This document shows, piece after piece, positions 8,953 through 17,067 of a stretch of 64,000 nt of DNA. Position numbers and translations under genes: made by a program. The notes below the pieces were generated by a model. That model saw only the letters and a program-made list of their open reading frames with translations. It was not told the DNA's origin and did not search any database. The DNA is from Bacteroidales bacterium. Its GTDB lineage: Bacteria > Bacteroidota > Bacteroidia > Bacteroidales > P3. Positions within the stretch are counted from its first letter, which is position 1; each line of letters starts with the position of its first letter. The stretch covers positions 89,750 to 153,749 of the forward strand of contig JAFSPS010000008.1 in assembly GCA_017451385.1 (NCBI GenBank), given 5' to 3'.

Positions 8953-9777
8953 TTAGAAATTAAATGTTAAACCAATGCCAGCTCCCATAGATTCATTTGT
9001 AGGAATAAGAGCTGTTTCTATCCGAATTTTATCTTGTTTGTATCGTGGTGTAATTGTTGCTGCTCGAATAATATTATATACATAGAATGTTGCTGCCGCT
9101 GCCGTTAGACCAATATTAAGTTTGCGATACATTTCGTAATCGGATTTTAGTACCATAAGGCCTCCTGGCATATCTTCGCTTTTCATTTCATCTAATAGTT
9201 CTTTGCCTTTTATGTAGGTTACAACGGCTCCACCAGCAAGTGTCGCTTCGCCCAATAGTGTGAAGATGCCTGTGCCGTAGCGGCGTTTGCCCATCTGGCC
9301 AAGTCCAGGGATAATGGCAGACTTAAGAGCGGCAAGACCATCACTGTAGGTTCTGGTATCGTGGCAGGCATTGAATTCGTCGAAGTTGGCAGGCATATTG
9401 CCACTTTTTGCCACTTGGCATAACACCCAAACTATATATCCTCCTCCACGAGAACTTTCCATATAGTCGCACACTTTGTTGATGGGTATGTTGTATTCCA
9501 CGGCAACACGCCCCCAGTCATCGCCATTCTGTAAAGCAGCATTCACTTCATCCCATCTTACCTGAGTCCCTATACGCATCATTGTGGTCTGAAAGACACG
9601 GGCTATAGCGCTGTTGAGTGCAGCTTGATATGTTAATCCTGTGGCTCGTTCAACAACATACATATAGGATGAATTGCCTGCTTTAGGCATTTTCGTCACC
9701 CAGCCGGGCCGTTCTTCAGCATGTATAGTAAGTGTTATGGTAAACACTAACAATGCTATACTTAGTATTTGTTTCAT
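8953..9777 (-). CDS. exported LPP20-like domain protein with membrane segment and aromatic C-terminus
   Basis: 274 aa with a signal peptide. LPP20-like pattern RPGWVTKMPK..YMYVVERATG..AALNSAIARV..GGGYIVWVLCQVAKS, then an IPGLGQ segment, ending ...GLTFNF. It starts 4 nt before the next gene. Confidence 0.65.
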   Translation of the reverse strand: MKQILSIALLVFTITLTIHAEERPGWVTKMPKAGNSSYMYVVERATGLTYQAALNSAIARVFQTTMMRIGTQVRWDEVNAALQNGDDWGRVAVEYNIPINKVCDYMESSRGGGYIVWVLCQVAKSGNMPANFDEFNACHDTRTYSDGLAALKSAIIPGLGQMGKRRYGTGIFTLLGEATLAGGAVVTYIKGKELLDEMKSEDMPGGLMVLKSDYEMYRKLNIGLTAAAATFYVYNIIRAATITPRYKQDKIRIETALIPTNESMGAGIGLTFNF

Positions 9778-9815
9778 AGTAATTATTTGTGTTTCTCAAA
9801 ATGTCTGAATTATTG

Positions 9816-10403
9816 TTATTTGTTATTTCCATATTCCTTCATATACTGTTCAGCCCATTTGCGGAATTGGTCACGATTGAAAAGTGTTTCAAGCTTTTGG
9901 TCGTCGCTGAGGGCTGATGCTGCCTTGGATGCTAATTCTTTCTTTGAAATGTGTATGGCAATGTAAGATTGATAGGTGCCAGCAGGTGTCTGGTAAAGCT
10001 CCTCACATACTTGTGTGGCATCATTAAGCATGCGTTCAATTACGTTCGTCACTTCGCGTTCAACAACACCCTGCACATCGTTTTGACGGGCATCGCCTGA
10101 CATGGTGCGACTATAGTCTGTGGATAATCCTTTTGCTAATCCACCTATTTTCCCGTTTATTATGCTCTTGGCTGCATTCAAAGCTGCCATACGAGCATTT
10201 TGAGCATTCATGTTTTCCCCAATACCCATGCCAGCAAAGTAATCGTCAGAATCCATGCCTTCTTGTGCGCAAGGCAAAACAACTTTGACATTGCCATGCT
10301 GAACTGGAGTTTGAGTTGGTTGAGTTACTACGTTTTTGTTGCTGGAGCATGCAACAAAACTTATGGCTGCTATGGCCATGACAATGATAATGTTTTTTTT
10401 CAT
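9816..10403 (-). CDS. LPP20-like lipoprotein
   Basis: 195 aa with lipobox FVACSS. Pattern: DDYFAGMGIGENMNAQNARMAALNAAKSIINGKI ... GTYQSYIAIHISKKEL. Confidence 0.65.
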   Translation of the reverse strand: MKKNIIIVMAIAAISFVACSSNKNVVTQPTQTPVQHGNVKVVLPCAQEGMDSDDYFAGMGIGENMNAQNARMAALNAAKSIINGKIGGLAKGLSTDYSRTMSGDARQNDVQGVVEREVTNVIERMLNDATQVCEELYQTPAGTYQSYIAIHISKKELASKAASALSDDQKLETLFNRDQFRKWAEQYMKEYGNNK

Positions 10404-10539
10404 AATGTTTTTTTATTAATTATTATTATGGATTTTGTTTTGTAAATTCATATCTCTGTTAGTGAATTGTAAATTATTTTCTTTATTGCAGAGTGTAAGA
10501 CTCTTTTTCTTTAATGACATTTACCATGATTACATAAAT

Positions 10540-10734
10540 CACCTCTCGAAATGCGTTTTTCGCAGTTCGGGAGGTGTTTATTGGAGGGGCAATAAAAATA
10601 TCCGTGAACTTTAATCCTTCTGTGTACGAGGCTCTGGACTGCCCATCATCGCAAAAAGAAAGCCCACGGATTTACCCATGAGCGTTTCTTTGCTTTCAAT
10701 GCGATGATGCCGAAATTGTCCAGATTTCGTACAC
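10540..10734. ncRNA. candidate structured RNA (class and strand unknown)
   Basis: Lies in a 570-nt spacer free of ORFs >=60 aa. Hairpin 10540-10576 has a 16-position stem (14 WC, 1 G-U, 1 mismatch) and loop TTTTT. A 113-nt extended hairpin at 10622-10734 has four stems: 10622-29/10727-34 (8 bp), 10634-39/10718-23 (6 bp), 10644-53/10700-09 (10 bp) and 10655-63/10682-91 (9 bp, one bulge). Confidence 0.3.
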
Positions 10735-10904
10735 TCGAATAGCAAAAAACGCTGTTTATTATGCTTTTATTTTATCTTTTCTTTTTTTTCTATTGTCTGT
10801 TTCTTAATGTTTTATTGTTTGGTTTCTCGAATTAGTATAATGCACAATAATACAATTTTTTTCGATGTCGGCAAAATTATTCGCATGTGGATGCCTTTTT
10901 CGAC

Positions 10905-10946
10905 AGCTTAAAAAGAACAAAGGGGACTGCTCGGTGCAGTCCCCTT
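10905..10946 (-). terminator. rho-independent terminator of ftsZ / dcw operon
   Basis: Perfect 11-bp stem AAGGGGACTGC / GCAGTCCCCTT (10920-30 / 10936-46) with a 5-nt loop, followed on the minus strand by TTGTTCTTTTT. It lies 28 nt after the ftsZ stop. Confidence 0.65.
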
Positions 10947-10973
10947 TGCGGCCATTATGTTATAACTGACTTA

Positions 10974-12737
10974 TCAGTCGGGGTTGTTGAAGAGGTAGGA
11001 GGGAGCTATGTCGCCTTGGGCGTCGATGTTCATGTTGCTGACTTCGGAGGTGCTGGAGAGCGATTGGTTTTCCGTCGTCACTTCGGTAGTGTTGCAAGCC
11101 TCTTCGATGCCGGCGGGTCCTTTTTTCAGCAGTTCTCTCATCTTGGCTATGCGTGCACGGAAATGGTGGTCTGTGTCAATCTTAGGGAGTGGCTCGTTGG
11201 TGGCAATAGTCCCTATGGAGGAGGGTTGTGCGGGCTTTTGTTCAACGATGTCTGTTTTGGTGGAAATCGTCATATCCTCGTCTTTGGCTTCTGCCTGCGG
11301 CTCTGTCGTGGTGGCATGCGTTATGGTGTCTGTGGTGGCAGGCTCTTGTCTGACGATAAAGATGTCGTTGTTTTCGATGTCAACATGGACTATGGGTTGC
11401 TCACTTTCTGTCGTGGCGGAGACCTCGTGTGATGGCGTTTCGGGAACCTCGGTGTTGGTCTTGCTGGTGTCAATCAGCATCATATCGTCCTCGGGTTCTT
11501 CGACTTTGTCGTTTGTTACTGTGACCGTTGCCGCTACGGCTATTGTGCTGTTCGTAGCCTCGGCGTTGGAGGGTAAGGGGCTGTCAAGGGGTATTACTTT
11601 TTTGCCCTCGTTCTTAGCGGATTCGGTCTCTTTCTTGCTGATGGTCTCGATGATTTCTTCGAGCGAGCTGTTTTCGTAGCCAGTAGCCACGAGGGTTACT
11701 TGCACGGACTCGCCGAGCGACTCGTCGGTGCCGGTGCCCCAGATGACGTTGGATTCGGCATCTTCGCCATCGACAATCTGTGTCTGGATGTATTCGGTGA
11801 AGCGTGTGAACTCGTCCATGGTGATGGGATGCTCGGACGAGTAGGTGATAGAGGCGAGGCATCCTTTGGCATTATGGATGTCTTGGTCGTCGAGCAGTAC
11901 GGAGCTTGAAGCGGCTTCGAGAGCTTGCTCGACGCGGTCTTCGCCCGTTCCGATGCCGCAGCCCATGAGTGCTGTCTTGCTGCCTGACATGATGGAATAG
12001 ACATCGTGGAAGTCGACGTTGATGTAGTCGTTGCGCGTGATGAGTTGGGCTATGCCGTTGACGGCGGTGTAGAGCACATCGTCGGCGAGTGCAAAGATTT
12101 TGGGCAGAGCCACGGTGTTGCCGAGGCTTGGCAGTTTGTCGTTGTTGATGACGATGACGGAGTCTGCATATTTGCGCAACTCACGGATGCCGGCGCGGGC
12201 GCTTGCGAGTTTTCTGGCGCCTTCGAATTTGAAGGGGGTGGTGACCACGGCGACTACGAGAATGTCGTTGATGTCGTCGTCATCGTCAATTCTTATTTGT
12301 TTTGCCAGCTCGGCGATGACGGGAGCGGCGCCGGTGCCTGTACCGCCACCCATGCAGGCAGCGATGAAAATCATGCGCGAGTTCTTGCAGATGTCTTTGA
12401 TTTTGTCTGCATGTTCGCGGGCGTGTTTTGCCCCTTTCTCGGGGTGTCCGCCGGCGCCATGCTGACCGATGCTGAGCTTGTTGGGAACAGGGCTGCAGCG
12501 CAGGGCCTGCCAGTCGGTGTTGCAGACCATGAAATCGACATCGTTGATGCCTTTCTTATACATATTGTTGACGGCGTTGCTGCCGCCACCGCCTACGCCG
12601 AGGACCATGATGCGAGGAGTGTCCTCGATTTCAGGCATCTCGTTGACGAAAGCTACTTGGTTGCTCTGTTCCTCCACAGAGGGGGAGCTTGCCGCCGTGT
12701 TGATGGCGTTGTTCTGGGTGTTGTTGTCTTCTAACAT
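10974..12737 (-). CDS. ftsZ: cell division protein FtsZ (long variant)
   Basis: 587 aa with VLGVGGGGSNAVNNM, NTDWQAL and the tubulin signature GGGTGTGAAP. It is the terminal gene of the dcw operon and ends in a C-terminal peptide GDIAPSYLF. Confidence 0.95.
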   Translation of the reverse strand: MLEDNNTQNNAINTAASSPSVEEQSNQVAFVNEMPEIEDTPRIMVLGVGGGGSNAVNNMYKKGINDVDFMVCNTDWQALRCSPVPNKLSIGQHGAGGHPEKGAKHAREHADKIKDICKNSRMIFIAACMGGGTGTGAAPVIAELAKQIRIDDDDDINDILVVAVVTTPFKFEGARKLASARAGIRELRKYADSVIVINNDKLPSLGNTVALPKIFALADDVLYTAVNGIAQLITRNDYINVDFHDVYSIMSGSKTALMGCGIGTGEDRVEQALEAASSSVLLDDQDIHNAKGCLASITYSSEHPITMDEFTRFTEYIQTQIVDGEDAESNVIWGTGTDESLGESVQVTLVATGYENSSLEEIIETISKKETESAKNEGKKVIPLDSPLPSNAEATNSTIAVAATVTVTNDKVEEPEDDMMLIDTSKTNTEVPETPSHEVSATTESEQPIVHVDIENNDIFIVRQEPATTDTITHATTTEPQAEAKDEDMTISTKTDIVEQKPAQPSSIGTIATNEPLPKIDTDHHFRARIAKMRELLKKGPAGIEEACNTTEVTTENQSLSSTSEVSNMNIDAQGDIAPSYLFNNPD

Positions 12738-12790
12738 AATGGCTTATTTATTAGATGTTATTGTTTCTTTTTTTTTGATGATGTGTCTGT

Positions 12791-14248
12791 TCAGTCGTCG
12801 TCGTTGCCCTCGAAAAGGGTCTTTGTCAGCCAGTCGTTCACTGGGTCGAGGAGGCCGCGGAAACGTTTTTTCTTGTTTTTCGGTTTTTCGGTAATGGCGG
12901 GTTCTACAGGTTTCTCCTCTTCAGGTATGTCGTTGATGATGGGGGAGACAGGCTCTACGGGCGTATCTTCTATGGGAGTGTCCTCTTTTGGAGTGTCCTC
13001 AACGATGTTTTCTTCCTCGGTGGTCTGAGCTTCCTCTTTAGCTGCTTCCTTCTCTTCCTCGCAGTTGAGGCCGTAAATCACGAGTCCAATGCCGGTGGCA
13101 TACATCGTGTCGTTGTAGGTGTTCATGTTCTGCACCTGCACGTCGGTGTTGTCGGCAGGTTCGAGGTGTACGCCGGGTGTGCCGATGTGGCAGTGTACGC
13201 CGGTGACGAGCATGGCGAGTTCTTGTATGTTCTTCATATTGGCGCCGCCGCCGGTGAGTGCAATGCCGTTGTTCCTGATGCGCGTCATCATCTGAGAGTT
13301 GTCCAGCTCCATAGAGACGAGGCCGAGGATGATTTCCACTCTGTTCTTTATGATTTCGGCGAGGGTGCGCTGGCTAATCTCGCGTGCCGGCTGGCCGTAG
13401 TTGTAGGGTATGGAGACCACGGTGTTGGGGTTGACCTCGGAGGGGAGGCACTCGCCAAAGCGTTTCTTGAGCACTTCGGCTTTCTGCCGCACGATGCCGC
13501 AGTTGGAGCTGATGTCCGTGGTGATGCTGTCGCCCGCCATAGAGATGACGAGGGTGTAGCGCACCATGTTGTCATAGAGCACGGCGATGTCGGTGGTGCC
13601 GCCACCGATATCGACAAGTGCGACGCCGTCGGCTATGTCGTTCTCGTTGAGTACGGCATAGGAGGAGGCTACGGGTTCGAGGACGATGCCCGCCACGGAG
13701 TAGCCCGCCATGCGTACGGTATCTACGAGTTTCTTTATCTCGTTGCGTTTGCCGATGATGACGTTGAAGGTTCCTTTCAGCACATGGCCTGAGACACCGA
13801 CGGGAGGTATGTCGTTAGCGAGTTTGCGTCCGTCAACGGAGTAGGTCTGCGGGAAGATATGAATGATGTCCTCGCCTTCTTCGGTGGTTGCCGTATCACG
13901 CAGAGTCTGCGTCAGCGTGTCGATGTCGCTCTGGCTGACAATCTGAAATTCGTTTTGAGGCACGGGGATGCTTGCCTCCATCGATTTAGTCTGAATATGG
14001 TAGCCTGCTACGCCAATGTACACTTCGCTCACAGCAATGCCTGCTTGGTCCTCGGCGGCCTGTACTGCTTTCTTGATGGATTCGGCAGTGTTCTGCAGGT
14101 TCTCCACAACGCCGCTGCGCACGCCATTGGAGTCAGAGCGTCCGAAGCCGAGTATTTTTATCTTGTCGCGCCGGCTGCCACGTTTGCCTATGAAACAGGC
14201 TATCTTGGTGGTACCAATGTCTAATCCTACTACAATTTTTTCTTCCAT
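12791..14248 (-). CDS. ftsA: cell division protein FtsA
   Basis: 485 aa with actin-fold motifs VGLDIGTTKIA and DIGGGTTDIAV. It has an acidic C-terminal extension followed by a basic/amphipathic tail (KKKRFRGLLDPVNDWL) and lies between ftsQ and ftsZ. Confidence 0.95.
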   Translation of the reverse strand: MEEKIVVGLDIGTTKIACFIGKRGSRRDKIKILGFGRSDSNGVRSGVVENLQNTAESIKKAVQAAEDQAGIAVSEVYIGVAGYHIQTKSMEASIPVPQNEFQIVSQSDIDTLTQTLRDTATTEEGEDIIHIFPQTYSVDGRKLANDIPPVGVSGHVLKGTFNVIIGKRNEIKKLVDTVRMAGYSVAGIVLEPVASSYAVLNENDIADGVALVDIGGGTTDIAVLYDNMVRYTLVISMAGDSITTDISSNCGIVRQKAEVLKKRFGECLPSEVNPNTVVSIPYNYGQPAREISQRTLAEIIKNRVEIILGLVSMELDNSQMMTRIRNNGIALTGGGANMKNIQELAMLVTGVHCHIGTPGVHLEPADNTDVQVQNMNTYNDTMYATGIGLVIYGLNCEEEKEAAKEEAQTTEEENIVEDTPKEDTPIEDTPVEPVSPIINDIPEEEKPVEPAITEKPKNKKKRFRGLLDPVNDWLTKTLFEGNDDD

Positions 14249-14359
14249 ATCGTGTGCTTTTATCTCGTTGATGTTTTTAATTATGCGCTGTTTTCAGTGA
14301 ATGGTGTGGTGCAAGGTATTAGTGTTGATGCTTTGATGTAATCTTGTTTGACAGTTTGG

Positions 14360-15118
14360 TTATCTTTTCTTGCAGACCACTTGGTCGTTGTATTTGAGGT
14401 TGACCACCTTGTAGCGGTCCCATCCTACGCGAGGGAGTGCTTGGTCGTAGAGTGCCATGAGCCGTTCTAATTTGTCGTCGAGGTCATCGGTATTGCCTAC
14501 ATTGACAACATGTGTTCCTGCCTTAGGAGTGAGGATGAAGTCGCCATTCTGGTCGCGGTATATTTGGTCGAAGAGGCTGCCGTAGCCGTTGTCGTCGATG
14601 TAGTGAGCGAGAATCCATAGGTGGCTCATGTCGTTGAGTTGCAGAAGTGTGTCGTTCTGCCAGAGGCTGAAGTCTGTGGAGATGTTTATGAGCGTGTCGT
14701 TGGTGTGCAGGTGTCCGCTGGCTATTGTTACATGTGCCATGCCTTCGTTGGATAGCGGCATGTAGCGGCCCTGACGGTCTATGTAGTACTGGCGTCCGTT
14801 CTGATAGACGTGGAGCAGCGGATGACGCTGGTCGGCCTTGACCACCACATTGCCCAAAATGCTGACGTAGGCTTGGCAGTTCTCGATGTAGGGGGAGCGC
14901 ATGACGCACTGCTTGATGTTGCGCGTGTCAATCTCTTTCACTTTGAGCGACATCATTGTCGGCATGGTGGTGTTGATGGCTCTCTCAATGGTGGCGGCGG
15001 AGACGAGGGTGTCGCACCCGTTGTAACGCACTCTCACCTGCAGCTCGCGCACCACGGCGTTGCTCCTCACGATGTTGGCTCCAACAACAAGGATGATAAT
15101 AGCCAAGGCTATCAGCAA
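14360..15118 (-). CDS. ftsQ: cell division protein FtsQ (TTG start as drawn; true start uncertain)
   Basis: 252 aa with an N-terminal TM segment (LIALAIIILVVGA) followed by a POTRA-like region, in the syntenic position before ftsA. There is no ATG/GTG between the upstream in-frame stop (15176-78) and the TTG at 15118. Confidence 0.8.
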   Translation of the reverse strand: MLIALAIIILVVGANIVRSNAVVRELQVRVRYNGCDTLVSAATIERAINTTMPTMMSLKVKEIDTRNIKQCVMRSPYIENCQAYVSILGNVVVKADQRHPLLHVYQNGRQYYIDRQGRYMPLSNEGMAHVTIASGHLHTNDTLINISTDFSLWQNDTLLQLNDMSHLWILAHYIDDNGYGSLFDQIYRDQNGDFILTPKAGTHVVNVGNTDDLDDKLERLMALYDQALPRVGWDRYKVVNLKYNDQVVCKKR

Positions 15119-15151
15119 ATTGCGTACTATGTTCTTCTTAAGTTTGATGTC

Positions 15152-15459
15152 TGAGTAGTTATTAGGATTGTTGGATTATGAGATTGTTAAGATTAGTAAG
15201 ATTGTTAAGATTAGTAAGATTTTGAGATTTTAAGATTAGTTAGATTTTAGGATTATGAGATTTTAAGATTTTTAGATTTTAGGATTAGTTAGATTTTAGG
15301 ATTATGAGATTTTAAGATTAGTAAGATTATGAGATTTTAAGATTAGTAAGATTTTAGGATTAGTAAGATTATGAGATTAGTAAGATTATGAGATTTTAAG
15401 ATTTTGAGATTATTGAGATTATGAGATTAGTATGAGTTTGAGATTATGAGATTTGATAT
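15152..15459. repeat. cytosine-free tandem array of GATT-phased 8/9-mers (~37 units)
   Basis: No C on the + strand for 308 nt. Units are GATTTTAA, GATTTTGA, GATTTTAG, GATTATGA (8-mers) and GATTAGTAA, GATTGTTAA, GATTAGTTA (9-mers), arranged head to tail. It lies between murC and ftsQ. Confidence 0.95.
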
Positions 15460-15610
15460 CTGTTTGTTTATTCTATTTTTTTTTGTGCTGCCCCTACGGG
15501 TTATTTGTTGAAGTCTTATTATTCTTCCTATCTGTTCTTAGCTCTTATTGTCTTGTCATCTTCTTATTCTAATCCATTCTAATCATCTGATTCTTCTTAT
15601 CTGTTATTAT

Positions 15611-16978
15611 CTATTTCGAGTTTAATAGTTTTTCTTCTATTGTTGGCACCAGTCGGTCGATGTCGCCAGCGCCGAGAGTCATCAGCACGTCGCAGTCTAT
15701 CTCTGTCACATGTTGTATGAGTTGCTCTTTGGAGTAGAGACGCCTGTGAGAGGAGGTGATGTTGTCTAATATCAGTAGCGAAGATACGCCGGCTATGGGT
15801 TCTTCGCGTGCGGGGTATATGTCGAGCAGCGTCACATCGTCGAGGGCAGACAAAGAGGTAGCAAACTCGCGGTAGAAATCGGCGGTGCGGCTGTATAGGT
15901 GTGGCTGAAAGATGCCGGCGATGCGCTTGTTGGGATAGAGCTGTCGCGCGGAGTCTATGGCGGCAGCCAGTTCGCGAGGGTGGTGAGCGTAGTCATCAAT
16001 ATAGATGATGTGGCTGTTGCACACGCGGTAGTCGAAGCGGCGGCGTATGCCACTAAAGTGTGCCATGCCGCGGCGGATGGCATCGGCATCGGCGCCGCAG
16101 GCTATCGCTACGGCTATGGCGGCGACGGCGTTCTCAATGTTGTAGGGTGCCGACTGAAGGTATATGTCGTTTATGGTAAGATGGTTGTCGGTATAGTCAA
16201 AGCGTATTCCATGTTGCTCGATGCGTATGTTGCTGGCATGATGTGTGGCGTTGCTTGCTTTGCCGCTATAGCAGGAGGCATGGCCGTTGGAGATGCGCTG
16301 TAGTACGAACGATTGGTGTGCTGCGAGGAGCGATGCGTTGCTCTGTATGAATATATGCCCGTCTTCGTCCGTCTGACTGGCAAACTGGTCGAAGGCCTCC
16401 AGCAGGTTGGCGTGGGTGCCATAGATGTCGAGATGGTCGGCATCGGTGGAGGTGATGACGGAGAGGTAGGGGTGCAGATGGAGGAAGGAGCGGTCATACT
16501 CGTCGGCTTCAACGACAACATATTTACTGCCGGTCTGACATAGCATATTGCTGTCAAGATTCTTGTGTATGCCGCCGAGGAAGGCATCCACCGCTATGCC
16601 AGCCTCCTGAAGCAGGGTGACAATCATGCCCGAGGTGGTGGTCTTGCCGTGGCTGCCGGCTACGGCTATGCAGCGTTTGCCGCGCGTCAGCTCGCCCAGC
16701 ATCTGTGAACGTTTCACAATCTTCACTCCGCGTGCCTCCATGTGTCTGTAAACCTCTGTGGTGCGTGGCACGGCAGGGGTGTAGATGCAGAGGTCTATGT
16801 CGGTGGGTATTTTGGCGGGGTTGTCGTCATAATGCACTACGATGCCCTCATGCTCCAGCTGGTGCGTGAGAGGGCTCTCGGCATGGTCGTAGCCATACAC
16901 GTTGTCGCCACGCTGTTTGAAGTAGCGTGCCAGCGCGCTCATGCCTATCCCTCCTATGCCGATAAAATAGTAGTTCAT
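15611..16978 (-). CDS. murC: UDP-N-acetylmuramate--L-alanine ligase
   Basis: 455 aa with IGIGGIGMSALA and AVAGSHGKTTT, in dcw synteny. Confidence 0.95.
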   Translation of the reverse strand: MNYYFIGIGGIGMSALARYFKQRGDNVYGYDHAESPLTHQLEHEGIVVHYDDNPAKIPTDIDLCIYTPAVPRTTEVYRHMEARGVKIVKRSQMLGELTRGKRCIAVAGSHGKTTTSGMIVTLLQEAGIAVDAFLGGIHKNLDSNMLCQTGSKYVVVEADEYDRSFLHLHPYLSVITSTDADHLDIYGTHANLLEAFDQFASQTDEDGHIFIQSNASLLAAHQSFVLQRISNGHASCYSGKASNATHHASNIRIEQHGIRFDYTDNHLTINDIYLQSAPYNIENAVAAIAVAIACGADADAIRRGMAHFSGIRRRFDYRVCNSHIIYIDDYAHHPRELAAAIDSARQLYPNKRIAGIFQPHLYSRTADFYREFATSLSALDDVTLLDIYPAREEPIAGVSSLLILDNITSSHRRLYSKEQLIQHVTEIDCDVLMTLGAGDIDRLVPTIEEKLLNSK

Positions 16979-17067
16979 CGTTCCTCTCGCTTTGCTCTTG
17001 TTTTTTTCAATCTGTGTTTTTTAGAAGCACAATTCACACAACAATAGTGCATTGTGTGCAAAGGTAG

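Noticed and set aside
10622-10734. SRP (4.5S) RNA, because of the ~110-nt extended hairpin shape
   Set aside because: The conserved domain IV features I remember (a GGAA-type tetraloop with flanking AGCA / GGAAG loops) are absent in either orientation.
10887-12734. Long ORFs antisense or out of frame to conserved genes (e.g. 10887..11432, 11008..11679, 12006..12734, 13166..13792, 20069..20875, 21240..22139, 40103..41029, 47290..48114, 51388..52284, 55216..56121, 61164..62198, 63297..63971)
   Set aside because: They overlap genes with unmistakable conserved motifs. They have skewed Val/His/Arg/Gly-rich composition with no recognisable motifs, which is typical of shadow ORFs in moderately GC-rich coding DNA.
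15152-15459. CRISPR array hypothesis for the short-period repeats (also 39705-39954)
   Set aside because: The units are 8-9 nt, directly abutting, with no unique spacers. No cas genes or leader are present. These are satellite-like tandem repeats, not CRISPR.
15460-15610. Long hairpin between the C-free array and the G-poor T/C-rich flank (composition-inverted arms)
   Set aside because: The composition is mirror-like (TCTTATT and ATTCTAAT words against TAAGATT and ATTAGTAA). However, I could not find exact complementary stretches of useful length; for example, TAATCTT, the complement of AAGATTA, is absent. Stable pairing is therefore unsupported.
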